A stretch of DNA of 43,604 bases from a bacterium (GCA_050125095.1 JASFEA010000008.1:1-43604); one strand, 5' to 3'. Numbered from the stretch's first letter, positions 28,266 to 39,000 are shown. Translations and numbers: made by a program. The notes: generated from the sequence alone by a model not told the origin.

Positions 28266-29191
28266 TGGATGCGTCGGGCGGACGCGCCTTCGATGTCGTG
28301 GGCATGGGCCTTAACGCGGTGGATCATCTATGCGTGATCCCCCGCTTCCCCAAGTACGAGGAGAAGCTGCGCATGGAGGAGTTCCGCCGGGCCGGCGGCG
28401 GCCAGGTGGCGAGCGCGATGGTGGCATGCGCACGGTGGGGGCTCAGGACAAGGTACATAGGCAAGGTCGGCGGCGGAGACCTGGGCGCGTTTTCGCTCTC
28501 GACGTTGAAGGAGGCCGGCGTCGACGTTACGGACGTGGCGGTGGTCGAAGGCGCGCTCAACCAGTTCGCCTTCATCCTCATAGACAAGACCACGGGCGAG
28601 CGCACCATAATCTGGACCCGCGACGACCGCCTGAGTATGCTGCCCGAAGAAGTCCCCCTGGGCACCATAGCGATGGCGCGCTTTCTGCACCTGGACGGCC
28701 ACGACGCCCCGGCTGCGGCCTATGCGGCAGGGAAGGCCCGCGGACTCGGAGTCAAGGTCGTAGTCGATGCCGAAACCGTCAAGGACGGCACGCGCGGCCT
28801 CATCGCGTCTGCCGATTATGTCGTGGCATCGAGCGAGTTTCCCGAGCGCTTCACCGGCAGGACGGGCCGGCTGGAGGCGCTCCGCCGGATCATGGACGGC
28901 GGCGCCGTATGCGTGGTGTCCACGCTGGGCAAGACGGGATCGATCTGCCTCTTCCAGGACCGCGTCATTGAGACCCCCGGCTTCAGGGTGAATTGCGTCG
29001 ACTCGACCGGCGCCGGGGACGTATTTCACGCCGCTTTCCTCTACGGCCTCGCCGTTGGCTGGGGCATGGAGAAGATCCTGGAGTTCTCCAACGCCGCGGC
29101 CGCCCTCAACTGCACCGAGATCGGCGCGCGAGCGGGCATAAGGCCGCTCGATGAGATTTTCGGCTTGATGAAAGCCGGAGACAGATGGTAA
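28265..29191 (+). CDS. PfkB family carbohydrate kinase
   Basis: GGGQVASA, GKVGG, DSTGAGDVF; TGATG overlap with MATE stop. Confidence 0.92.
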   Translation: MDASGGRAFDVVGMGLNAVDHLCVIPRFPKYEEKLRMEEFRRAGGGQVASAMVACARWGLRTRYIGKVGGGDLGAFSLSTLKEAGVDVTDVAVVEGALNQFAFILIDKTTGERTIIWTRDDRLSMLPEEVPLGTIAMARFLHLDGHDAPAAAYAAGKARGLGVKVVVDAETVKDGTRGLIASADYVVASSEFPERFTGRTGRLEALRRIMDGGAVCVVSTLGKTGSICLFQDRVIETPGFRVNCVDSTGAGDVFHAAFLYGLAVGWGMEKILEFSNAAAALNCTEIGARAGIRPLDEIFGLMKAGDRW

Positions 29192-29203
29192 ACCCTTAGT
29201 GGC

Positions 29204-29231
29204 GGGGCCGCCGGCTGCGCCGGCCGGCCCC
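29204..29231 (+). terminator. GC-rich hairpin after pfkB
   Basis: GGGGCCG-CCGGC-TGC-GCCGG-C-CGGCCCC imperfect inverted repeat; no U-tract. Confidence 0.35.
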
Positions 29232-29277
29232 GATTCCGAGTTGACTAAAAAAGAGGCGGTGAACGGGAGGACGAATT

Positions 29278-30789
29278 ATGAAGAGAAGAGAATTCATCAA
29301 GGTCACGGCAAAAGGAAGCGCGCTTGCTCTGGCCTCGCCCCTGATCGCGGACCTCATCGGCGCGCGCGCGGCCGGCGCAGCCGAGCTCGCCTGGGACTCG
29401 CTGGCAACGGCCGAACGCGAAATCGGCGTCGTGCTGCGCGAAGCCCTCTCAAGGGGCGCCCAGTTCGGGGAGGTCTATCTCGAAGAGGTCATACGCACCG
29501 GGATACGGGTGAGCGACAGCAAGATCGAGTCGGTGCAACTCGGCTCGGACAGGGGGGGCGGCGTCAGGGTCATCAGCGACTATAAGACGGGCTACGCTTT
29601 CTGCGACTCCTGGGACGTGGACGACCTCAGGCGCGCGGCCGGCATAGCCTCCAGGATAGGCGAGGCCGGAAGTCCGGTGGCGGAAATAAAGGCGTCGGAC
29701 GTCATGGCGAGCTCTGAGCGGGGCGTGGTGTCATACGTGACCGACCCGGCCGAGGTGCTCGCGGACGCCAAGGTGAAGGTTGTCGAGCTCGCCGACCGGG
29801 TGGCGAGGGAATACGACCCCGCGATCGCCCAGGTCCGCATAGACTATCGCGATGAGATAAGACGCATGGTCGTCTTCAACAGCGAGGGAGTCGCGGTCCG
29901 CCAGGAGATCCCGCTCATCTGGCTCTCACTGGACACGCTGGCTGTGAGAGGCGACAGGCGGGCGCCCGGTTATGTGCGCAGGAGCAGTAAGTCGGGTTTC
30001 GAGTACGCAACCGAAGAGTTCGTGCGGGAGACGGCCACGGAAGGAGCCAGGCAGGCGTTGGTGATGCTCGACGCGGTGGACGCCCCGTCGGGGGAGATGC
30101 CGGTCGTTATCGGAACTGGCGGCGGCGTGGTATTCCATGAAGCGGTGGGCCACGGCCTTGAAGCAGACGGCATCGAGAGGGGCACGTCATTCTTTACGGG
30201 TAAGGTCGGTGAGCGTGTGGGAAGCGATGTCGTCACGATAGTGGAGGACGGCTCCATCCCTCACCTGAGGGGATCGTTCGACTACGACGATGAGGGAACC
30301 CCGTCGCAGCGGAACGTGCTCATAGAAAACGGCATGCTCCGGCGCTATATGTCCGACTGGCTGACCGCCCACAAGCTCGGCATTCCCCTGACGGCCAACG
30401 GGCGGCGCGAGTCATACATGCACTACCCGCTGGTCCGGATGACCAACACGCTGGTATTAGGCGGCGAGAGCGATCCCGAGGAGATTGTGAAAGCGACCGA
30501 CCGCGGCATATTCACATTGAGGTTGGGGGGCGGCGAGGTGGACACCACGACGGGCAATTTCACATTCGGGGTGCGTGAGGCATATCTCATAGAGGGCGGC
30601 AAGATCACGGCTCCTGTGAGGGGAGCCACCCTCATCGGGAACGGCCCGGAGATCCTGGGGCGCATAGACATGGTGGCCAACGATACGACTTTCTGGCCGG
30701 GAACATGCGGCAAGGGGCAGTGGGTACCGGTGACGTCCGGCGCGCCTACGCTGCGCATTTCCAGTATAACCGTGGGCGGCACGGCTTAG
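29278..30789 (+). CDS. tldD: TldD metalloprotease with Tat signal peptide
   Basis: FHEAVGHGLEAD, DDEG, NGRR..RMTNT, CGK; N-terminus MKRREFIK. Confidence 0.92.
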   Translation: MKRREFIKVTAKGSALALASPLIADLIGARAAGAAELAWDSLATAEREIGVVLREALSRGAQFGEVYLEEVIRTGIRVSDSKIESVQLGSDRGGGVRVISDYKTGYAFCDSWDVDDLRRAAGIASRIGEAGSPVAEIKASDVMASSERGVVSYVTDPAEVLADAKVKVVELADRVAREYDPAIAQVRIDYRDEIRRMVVFNSEGVAVRQEIPLIWLSLDTLAVRGDRRAPGYVRRSSKSGFEYATEEFVRETATEGARQALVMLDAVDAPSGEMPVVIGTGGGVVFHEAVGHGLEADGIERGTSFFTGKVGERVGSDVVTIVEDGSIPHLRGSFDYDDEGTPSQRNVLIENGMLRRYMSDWLTAHKLGIPLTANGRRESYMHYPLVRMTNTLVLGGESDPEEIVKATDRGIFTLRLGGGEVDTTTGNFTFGVREAYLIEGGKITAPVRGATLIGNGPEILGRIDMVANDTTFWPGTCGKGQWVPVTSGAPTLRISSITVGGTA

Positions 30790-30798
30790 GAGGCAAAG

Positions 30799-32142
30799 GT
30801 GGACTCGATAAGCATAGCCAAGAAACTGCTTGGACTGATAGAGAAAAGCGCCGCCGACGCGGGAGAGGTTTTCTTGAGGACGTCGGAGGGCGTGGATGTC
30901 GAGGTGAGGGATCAGGCGGTCGAGAGCGTCAGGAATACGCAGGCCGCGGGTTATGGTCTGAGGCTGGTCGTGGACAGGCGGATGGCATTCGTCTCCAGCT
31001 CGGACATGAGAGACCGGTCGCTCGAGACGGCGGTCGCCAAAGCGGCCGATCTTGCCCGCCACTCGACGGCCGACGATTCGAACGTGTTCATCGCTCCGTC
31101 CGGAGAGGGTGCGAGCGTGGAGACGTTCGATGAGAGCTTCGACAGCATAACAATCGACCAGAAGGTGAACCTGCTCAAAGACGTAGAGACCCTGTGTTTC
31201 GCCTTCGATCCCGTTATCTCCAAGATGGAGGGTATAAACTACAGCGACAGGAAGACGGAGACGGTGATCGCAAACACAGAGGGGCTGCTTTCCAAACGCA
31301 GGGCAACGTCCTTCGAGTTCGGCGCCGGCGTCATGGCGGAGAAGGACGGCGAAGTGGAAAATGGTTGGGAAGGCATGGAGGCCAGGTTCTTTGACCGCCT
31401 CGATACCCCCTCTGAAATAGCATCGAGCGCCTGCCGTAAGGCCATATCGCGCCTGGGGGCGAAACCCGTCGCCACGCAATCTGTCCCGGTCATTGTAGAC
31501 AGGGCGGTCGCCTACGCGGTGCTGTCGCATTTCTTCCAGATGGTTAGCGGGGAGAGGATAGCCAACGGCACATCAATGCTGAAGGGCAGGATCGGCGAGA
31601 AGATCGGGTCCGACCTCGTTACGATAGTCGATGACCCCACGCTCCCGGGCCTGCCGGGGAGCCGTTCATTCGATGATGAGGGAACGCCGTCGGGGCGCAA
31701 CGTGCTGCTTGACAGGGGAGTCCTCAAAGGCTTCCTCTACGACGTTTCGAGTGCGAGTAAGACGGGCGCGGAATCTACCGGCAACGCCAGCCGCCGGGGT
31801 TTCAGGGACCTCCCCGGAATCGCCACGACCAACTTCTTCATGGCGAGGGGCGGGCTCGATCCCGAGGACATCGTCAAGCGAACCGGGACCGGGCTTCACG
31901 TAACCTCACTGGCCGGCTGGTGGACGGGCATCAACCCGACGACGGGCGATTTCTCGAGCGGCGCAAAGGGTTTCTGGATCGAGGACGGCGTGGCGGTTCA
32001 TCCCGTTAAAAACGTGACCATAGCCTCCAACCTGCTCTCGATGCTGGCCGGGGTGGATGCGTTAGGGAATAACCTCTTCCACAGGTTCGGGACAGTGGGG
32101 CCGACATTCAGGATAAGCGAGATGAAGGTCGGGGGTGCCTAG
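30799..32142 (+). CDS. pmbA: TldE/PmbA partner subunit
   Basis: FDDEGTP, STGNA, TGDFS, no HExxxH; paired with tldD. Confidence 0.9.
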   Translation: MDSISIAKKLLGLIEKSAADAGEVFLRTSEGVDVEVRDQAVESVRNTQAAGYGLRLVVDRRMAFVSSSDMRDRSLETAVAKAADLARHSTADDSNVFIAPSGEGASVETFDESFDSITIDQKVNLLKDVETLCFAFDPVISKMEGINYSDRKTETVIANTEGLLSKRRATSFEFGAGVMAEKDGEVENGWEGMEARFFDRLDTPSEIASSACRKAISRLGAKPVATQSVPVIVDRAVAYAVLSHFFQMVSGERIANGTSMLKGRIGEKIGSDLVTIVDDPTLPGLPGSRSFDDEGTPSGRNVLLDRGVLKGFLYDVSSASKTGAESTGNASRRGFRDLPGIATTNFFMARGGLDPEDIVKRTGTGLHVTSLAGWWTGINPTTGDFSSGAKGFWIEDGVAVHPVKNVTIASNLLSMLAGVDALGNNLFHRFGTVGPTFRISEMKVGGA

Positions 32143-32143
32143 G

Positions 32144-32755
32144 CTACCTGTACATCGATTTTATCGAGCCCCAGGTCCCGGGTGTGTTCGCAGTGCTGCA
32201 TTCGAAAACGGTTCTGGTGACCCTGCCCATCATTATGGCGGACTTGTCCGTGGCATACCATCTCAAGACGGCCCGGTTGCTGCCGGATAGCAGTGTGAAT
32301 CCGGTGAGATCACTTCCCGGCATAATGGGGTTCGTGTCCGTGTAGAACAGAAGCCTCCCCGGCGCCTTCTCAAATGACTGAGGATAGGCCTCGGCCCTCC
32401 AGCCGTAAGGCCAGTCGATGGCTTCGATCGGATTGTCGTATAAGCCGGTTATTTCGATTGCATAGACAGGTCTCCAGACCGTCGCGAACGCCTCCACTTT
32501 GAATGTGAATACAGCTCCCTTATGGGTATGGCGGCATTCCACAAGCGAGATTGACGCCGCGGGCTCGGGATAGCGATCGAAATCGCCTTCATCGTAGGGG
32601 ACTACATGCGCGGTGTCGCCTTCAAAGAAGTTCTTGGCCGGGGCCTCTCCGGGTGCTACCATCAGTATGATGAGGCCCAGAGCGACCAGCACATATGTGT
32701 GAATCTTGGTACTCAAAGCAAAGCCTCCTCGGGGCCGCAAGCGGCCGATTGACAT
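32144..32755 (-). CDS. hypothetical secreted protein with C-terminal TWGSIKSMYR motif
   Basis: Hydrophobic signal segment ending APA; beta-rich body; C-terminus shared with 33824-36019. Confidence 0.65.
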   Translation of the reverse strand: MSIGRLRPRGGFALSTKIHTYVLVALGLIILMVAPGEAPAKNFFEGDTAHVVPYDEGDFDRYPEPAASISLVECRHTHKGAVFTFKVEAFATVWRPVYAIEITGLYDNPIEAIDWPYGWRAEAYPQSFEKAPGRLLFYTDTNPIMPGSDLTGFTLLSGSNRAVLRWYATDKSAIMMGRVTRTVFECSTANTPGTWGSIKSMYR

Positions 32756-32859
32756 GCAAACCTCCAGTGCCAGATGGGTCCAGTCTGAGCCGCCCTGCTC
32801 CGGGTCCTGGAGGATCTCCGAATATAACTATACTAAATGCTCAGGAGTTTCGCTACAGT

Positions 32860-33753
32860 ATGTCTCAATTTTTAGACGCCGCCGCCCGAAAAAAAGCTCA
32901 GGAAATCCGCTCAATCAGGGCGCCTGATTTCGATTTGAGGCTCTCCATGGGATGCGGGCAAGTGTTTGGCTGGGAATGGTATGGGGACTGGTGCATCGGC
33001 GTTATGGGCGGGAGCGCGGTGGCGCTCAAGCAGGCGGGCCGCGAGATTCAGTATATCTCAGAGGGCGGAGCCGGTCCGGCGGCCATCAGGGCCTATCTGG
33101 GGCTGGATAAGGACTACAGGCGTATAACGCGCTCCATTTCCAGGGACGATTTCATGAAAAGGGCCGTCAGGGCGGGCCGGGGCCTTAGAGTCCTCAGACA
33201 GGATCCGTGGCCCTGCCTGGGCTCGTATATTCTATCGTCGAATAACCGGGTCGAGCGGATCCAGTCGCTGGTCATGGAGATATCGTTGCGCATGGGTGAG
33301 GCTCATTCGGTGGGCGGCAGACAGGTCTACGCCTTCCCGGAGCCCGGGGTTCTGGCCGCCTGCCGTGAGGGAGACATAAGATCCTGCGGCGCCGGCTTCC
33401 GGTCGCCCTATCTCAATGAATCTGCTAGGATGATAGCCGCCGGGGAGGTGGACCTCGACGAACTGGCCGACCTTCCATATGACCAAGCCAAGGAGACCCT
33501 CAAGCGTCTGCCCGGAGTGGGGGAGAAGGTCGCCGACTGCGTATTGCTCTTCGCGTTCTCACAGGGCGAAGCTTTCCCCGTGGACGTATGGATAAAGCGG
33601 GCGGTCGAGCGGGTCTATTTCAACTCGCGTGATCTCAAGGTCCGGGAGATTCACGAGTTCGCGCGCTCGCACTTCGGGAAATACGCCGGATATGCCCAGG
33701 AATATATCTACCATTACGCGCGGGAGGGCGGCCTGGAGCAGACTGCGCGGTGA
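32860..33753 (+). CDS. 8-oxoguanine DNA glycosylase (OGG1-like, HhH-GPD)
   Basis: CGQVFGW, GLRVLRQDPW, LPGVGEKVADCVLLF..FPVDVW, FGKYAGYAQEY; start uncertain. Confidence 0.9.
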   Translation: MSQFLDAAARKKAQEIRSIRAPDFDLRLSMGCGQVFGWEWYGDWCIGVMGGSAVALKQAGREIQYISEGGAGPAAIRAYLGLDKDYRRITRSISRDDFMKRAVRAGRGLRVLRQDPWPCLGSYILSSNNRVERIQSLVMEISLRMGEAHSVGGRQVYAFPEPGVLAACREGDIRSCGAGFRSPYLNESARMIAAGEVDLDELADLPYDQAKETLKRLPGVGEKVADCVLLFAFSQGEAFPVDVWIKRAVERVYFNSRDLKVREIHEFARSHFGKYAGYAQEYIYHYAREGGLEQTAR

Positions 33754-33786
33754 GCTCCGCCGGTTGCGGCCTTGAGTTATCTACGC

Positions 33787-33802
33787 GCTGAGCCGGCTCA
33801 GC
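33787..33802. terminator. perfect 16-bp palindrome between convergent genes
   Basis: GCTGAGCCGGCTCAGC. Confidence 0.45.
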
Positions 33803-33823
33803 CGGACGAGCAGCGGCCTGTCT

Positions 33824-36019
33824 CTACCTGAACATGGCCTTGATGGCTCCCCAGGTCACGGGTTCGACGTTCTGCGGCCCCCCGGGACACGGTTCCTCAC
33901 CCTCGGCCCCGCAGGCTCCGCCGCTGAATGAGTACATCGTCGTATAGCTCCCGTAATGGCACGTGACCACCTTCGGCCCGCCGTTTTCCGGGTGCGCGAT
34001 AACTTCAATGAGTCCGGGACCCGTGGCGTCTATGCTCGCGTAGCCGGTGAAGATAATATTGTCGGTCCTGCATTCCGACCAGGTCTGCGATATGCCGTCG
34101 CCGGGATGCACGAGTGCGCCGATGGTCATGTCGCTGCAGCTCGTGAATGATATCGAGCCCCATTCCTCCGGCCAGGTGAGCCCGTATTCGAAACCCTGGA
34201 ACTCGTCCAGGCCGAAGAACACGGGGAAAACGTCCACCTCGCAGGCGGCTTCGGTCCAGCATATTTCCTCGCAGAAATCGATCCCGGGGAAGTTCTCGGT
34301 GCACGACCTGTTAGCGGCCCTGGGGAGCACATGTACCGCGGGCATGCCCTCACGGCCTGTTCCACAGAGGTAGGTTCGGAGCACGGCGGTTTCCGGTTCG
34401 GTCTCGGCGCTCACGATCCGGCATGTGTTCTCGATGCAGTACTGGTGTATATAGTCCTCCTTGACCCTGACGACCGCGCCCACGCTGTCCATGGAGCCGC
34501 CGGGCAGCGTGCCCACCTGCCAGGTGATCTTATGGCCGCCCGGGTCATACTCCCCGCTCCCGCCGGCTGATACGAATACCACGGCGGCGTGCAGGTCGTC
34601 CGTGAGCACGACATCGTGGAAGTCCTCGGCCTTCAGGTTGTTATACTTGATCGTGTAGGCGATGCTGTCGCCGGGATGGATGCATCCTGTTCCCACGTCG
34701 TCCTTTTTCAAGAGCCCTATGGGCCCGATATCGCACAACTGCGTGAGGACGGAAGCCCTTTCCGTATCGGTTTCATCGCTCGATATGTAGCATATGTTCC
34801 TTATTACGCCCCCCGGGTTGCAGTCCCATGTGGCGCGCGCGCCTATCTCCACCGACCCCTGCGTATCAGGCGCCAGGGTCCCGAGGTCCCACATGATCCG
34901 CCGTTCGTAGGGTTCATACATGTACCCCTCTGTCGCCCATGTGATCTCCAGGCAGGTGGGCAGCGTGTCTATGATTACCACGTTGTGAATATCGGCCAGC
35001 TGTCCCGGTGTCCCGTAGGTAATCTCGTATACAATGTCGCCTTCCGGGGCCAGGCAGCCGCCCTGGAATTCGGCGCTCATGCTCACCTCGAGTCGGACAT
35101 CATCGCATATTGGGGTCTTGCAGTGCTTCTCGTTATATCCCAGATATGGAGGGTCGTCGGATATGATATGACAGTAGTTGTCCAGGATCTCTCCCGGCCA
35201 TGCCCCGGCATTGACGCGCGCCGTGACGCCCACGGTATCTCTATCGCCTCCGGAGAGACTCCCTACGTCCCAGGTGACTTCATGGCTCACTTCCTCATAG
35301 ACGCCGCCGTCTGTTGCCGCCACGAATTCACATTGGTCCGGCAGCTCGTCCGTCAAGGTGACTTCATGCATGGGCGGATTACTCCATGGATTGCCGAAAA
35401 TCAGGACATAGTGGATATCCTGGCTCGGCGCCGCACAATCGATCCCGTCATCCACACTCAAATAGAGATCGGAAACCCTGCCACAGGGTGGGTCTCCCAG
35501 CTCTCCGCAGACACCTCCGGCATCAGAAAAAGAAGGTTCGTCCTCCTGGAAGTAGCAGTCCGCGGTCTTCACATCCCATTCCCAGTCGGGCGACAACGTT
35601 ATCCTGCCTGGCGTCGTCGCCGTCAGCGTGAGCCACCCGGGGATGCAGTAGGGGGATATCCGGCACTCATACCAGGCCAGCGCCATACCGTCGCCGGTTT
35701 GGCTTATGTCCCCGATGGCGAGGTCGGCGCAGTGGGTGTGGGCGCCGCTTCCCCATTCGACCGGCCATACGAGTCGATACTCGACGGCGGTGTAGCCATA
35801 GATATCCAAGAACACAGGAAATACGTCGATATCGCCACAGCCCTCGTAAAACCATGCGATGTCGATACAGGATTCTATGGCGGGGAGATTGTTACAGGCC
35901 CTCTTGGCATTATGCTCCTCTATATGTATGGCCACTTTGAGATTGGGATTCTGCCCGGGATGTGCCGCGGAGGCCAGCAGGCACAAGGTCATAATCACAA
36001 TTCCTGCAAGTCTCATCAT
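33824..36019 (-). CDS. secreted Cys-rich protein with three DUF11-like repeats and C-terminal TWGAIKAMFR
   Basis: Signal peptide; three copies of I.Y.I.Y....V..D.LP...G.Y....TW.VG.L; duplicated flanking domain. Confidence 0.8.
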   Translation of the reverse strand: MMRLAGIVIMTLCLLASAAHPGQNPNLKVAIHIEEHNAKRACNNLPAIESCIDIAWFYEGCGDIDVFPVFLDIYGYTAVEYRLVWPVEWGSGAHTHCADLAIGDISQTGDGMALAWYECRISPYCIPGWLTLTATTPGRITLSPDWEWDVKTADCYFQEDEPSFSDAGGVCGELGDPPCGRVSDLYLSVDDGIDCAAPSQDIHYVLIFGNPWSNPPMHEVTLTDELPDQCEFVAATDGGVYEEVSHEVTWDVGSLSGGDRDTVGVTARVNAGAWPGEILDNYCHIISDDPPYLGYNEKHCKTPICDDVRLEVSMSAEFQGGCLAPEGDIVYEITYGTPGQLADIHNVVIIDTLPTCLEITWATEGYMYEPYERRIMWDLGTLAPDTQGSVEIGARATWDCNPGGVIRNICYISSDETDTERASVLTQLCDIGPIGLLKKDDVGTGCIHPGDSIAYTIKYNNLKAEDFHDVVLTDDLHAAVVFVSAGGSGEYDPGGHKITWQVGTLPGGSMDSVGAVVRVKEDYIHQYCIENTCRIVSAETEPETAVLRTYLCGTGREGMPAVHVLPRAANRSCTENFPGIDFCEEICWTEAACEVDVFPVFFGLDEFQGFEYGLTWPEEWGSISFTSCSDMTIGALVHPGDGISQTWSECRTDNIIFTGYASIDATGPGLIEVIAHPENGGPKVVTCHYGSYTTMYSFSGGACGAEGEEPCPGGPQNVEPVTWGAIKAMFR

Positions 36020-36097
36020 CTCGCACCTCTTCCTGAAAACCGCATTGATTATACCACAATAGCAGGAAGCAGGGAAGGGGTCCGCGAGTCGATGCGA

Positions 36098-39000
36098 TTA
36101 TGGAATGTGATCTGCTCGTCGGATCTGACTCATAGATTCCGGTGACTCTTGACCGCCGTAGGTTGACTGGCGGGCCCGGTATTCGTCGGCCCTGTCGGGC
36201 CTCTCCCACTCCTCGTAAAGCGCAACGACCTGCGCCACGGCAGCCTGTTTTTCATCGGGCGACGTGGAGGGAGACGCTTCGATTACTCTAGAGCTCTCTA
36301 CCAGGAGGGACTCGGCTTCCTCGTACCTGCCCTGGGCGCGCAGTATGGAGCCCAGCGTGTTCTCGGCCAGCGCGATGCGGTAATGGCCGTCTTCGTACTC
36401 GTTCCTTCTCATGTCGAGACAGAGCAGCACCTCGGCTTCGGCCTCGGCGTTGCGGCCGCTGTCCCTGAGTATGCGCCCCAGGTCGAGTCTGGTGGTGGCC
36501 ACCTGGGAGTGATCGGTGCCGAACGCTGCCTCCAGAAGCGCGAGGGATTCGCGGCAGAGACGCTCGGCTTTCTCGTAATCCCCGAGCGTCCTGTAGAGGC
36601 GCGCGAGGCTCCTTATCGACGTCGCCGTGCTCGGGTGCTGCCTGCCGAGCACTTGCGTACTCATATCCAGGGCCTCGATGTAAAGGGACTCGGCCTCTTC
36701 GTATTTGCCCTGGGCCTCGAGTATCCGGCCCAGGTTATTGAGAGAGAGGGCGACGCGGGGGTGGCTCTCGCCGTAGAGCTTCTTGCCGGATTCCAGGCAC
36801 TCGCGGGCCAGGGGCTCGGCCTCCTGGTACTTGCCCTGCGCCCTGAGAAGCACCGCCAGGTTGTTCTGGGTGACGTTGACCTTGGGATGGTCCGGCCCGT
36901 GGAGGCGGAGGCGCATCTCGAGGGCTTCGCGGTAAAGGGGTTCGGCCTCGGCATATTTGCCTTGAGATTTGAGAAGCACGGCAAGGTTGTTGAGATTGAG
37001 GGCGACTATGCGGTGTTCGTCGCCATAGAGCTTCCTGCTGAGGGCCAGGCCCTCGCGGTAGAGAGGTTCGGCCTCGTCATACTTCCCCCGGGTCTTGAGG
37101 AGAAGGGCGAGGTTGTTGAGGGCGATTGCGACCCTCTCATGCTCGCCCAGGAGCTCCTTGTTCATGTCGAGGGCTTCACGGTAAAGCGCCTCTGCCTCGT
37201 CGTACTCGCCCTTCTCGTACAGAACCACAGCCAGCGAGTTGAGGCTGTTGGCAACATCAATGTGACTGTCGCCCAGCACCTCGCGCCTAGCGGCCAGCGC
37301 GGCCCTCAGGTGGATCTCGGCTTCGTCGAAGAGACCCAGCGCCTTGTAGGTGTCGCCGATTGTGGTCTGTACGGCCGCCTTGACCTCGAGCTGGTCGGCA
37401 AGGCCGGTCTCGACGTTCTCGGCCGCCTCATCGAGGACCATGCGTACCGTGACTTCCTGGCCCTGGGCGTGCTCGGGGTCTACCGAAGCCAGCATGTCCC
37501 TTATGAACTCGGTCGTATGCTCGGCCTTTTCTCTTTCGGCGTCGGCGCGCAATTTCTGCTGCCTCTGAAGTCCGAACATTATCGACATGGTGATGGCGAA
37601 GAGGGTTATGACGCAGAACAGGATTGCCGCGAATATGAATGGTCCTTTGTGACGCGCGACCAGCTTGCGGAACTGGTAGGCAGCGCTCGGCGGGCGGGCC
37701 AGTATGGCTTCGTCACGGAGGTAGCGTTCGAGGTCCTCTCCCAGGGCGGAGGCGCTCTGGTACCTGCGGGCCGGTTCCTTCTCAAGCGCCTTGAGGGCGA
37801 TGGTCTCCAGGTCGCCGCGCAACGCGCGCAGGATGGAGCTCGGCCGGGGCGGCTCATCTTCGCAGATTGCCCGCACGGCCTCGTGGATGGCGGCGTCTCG
37901 CACGTCGCACGGGGTGCGGCCGGTCAGCATTTCGTAGAGGAGAATGCCGAGCGAGTAGACGTCGCTCCTCAAGTCGATCTCGTCGGGATTGCCCCGGGCC
38001 TGCTCCGGGCTCATGTAGGGAAGCGTGCCCTGCACGCTGCCGGCATGCGTGACCACCGTGGTCAGGTTGACGTCGCTGTCGGTCATCCGGGCCAGCCCGA
38101 AGTCGAGGATCTTGACGCGCGTACCCGGCCAGATGGAGGAGCCGGAGTCGTCGCCCGGTGCCAGCGGCTTTGCCCCCGCTGTCGTCACAAGTATGTTCGA
38201 CGGCTTGATGTCCCGGTGTATAACACCCCTCTGATGGGCGTAGTTGATGGCGTCGCATATCTGCAGGAAGAGGCCCAGCCTTGCGCGTATGCCGGGTCTG
38301 GGGTCATGTTTGTCTATGGGGTGGGCCATGAGGAAGTCGTGCAGCGGAACGCCGCGCACGAGCTCCATTGCGAAGAAGTGCTGCCCGTTTTCGGTGCACC
38401 CGGCATCATAGATTGCGGCGATCCCGGGATGCCTGAGCCGGCCGAGCGTCTCGATCTCGCGCTGGAACAGTCTTACGCGGTGCTCGTCCACGAAGGCGCC
38501 GCCCCGGATTACTTTTAGCGCTACGGGTCGATGGGGCCTCTCCTGCTCGGCCTCGTAGACGACTCCCATTCCGCCCTCGCCCAGCTTGCGCACTATGCGA
38601 TAGCCGGCTATCACCTCAGGGGCGCCCTTCGAGCCCCGCTCGGTGGGAGCATGAGGGTCGGCATGCGCCGCCTCCGCAGGGAGCACCTTCACGCCCGAAG
38701 CCGCCATCTCGCGCTTAAGGCGCCCGAGCTCCCGCGCCAGGTCGGCTGCGCTTCTGAACCTGTCGCGGGGGTTCTTCTCAAGGCAGCCGCTCACTATTCT
38801 CACGAGGTCGGACGGTAGACCGCCGCGCAGCACGGCCAGAGGGGGCGGTTGGGTTTGCTCGAAGGCGCGCGCCATATCGCCGCGGCTTTTTCCTTCATAT
38901 GGCCTGCGTCCGGCAAGCATCTCATAGAGCACGGCCCCGAGCGACCATATGTCGGTCCGGGAATCGATGCCCTCGCCGGCTACCTGTTCGGGGGACATAT

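Noticed and set aside
34589-36145. 518 aa + strand ORF
   Set aside because: Antisense shadow of the DUF11 gene
36400-37400. ~126-nt periodic repeats as CRISPR or DNA repeat element
   Set aside because: They are degenerate 42-aa TPR coding repeats
36383-38518. 711 aa + strand ORF
   Set aside because: Antisense shadow of the kinase/TPR gene; no motifs; expected in GC-rich DNA
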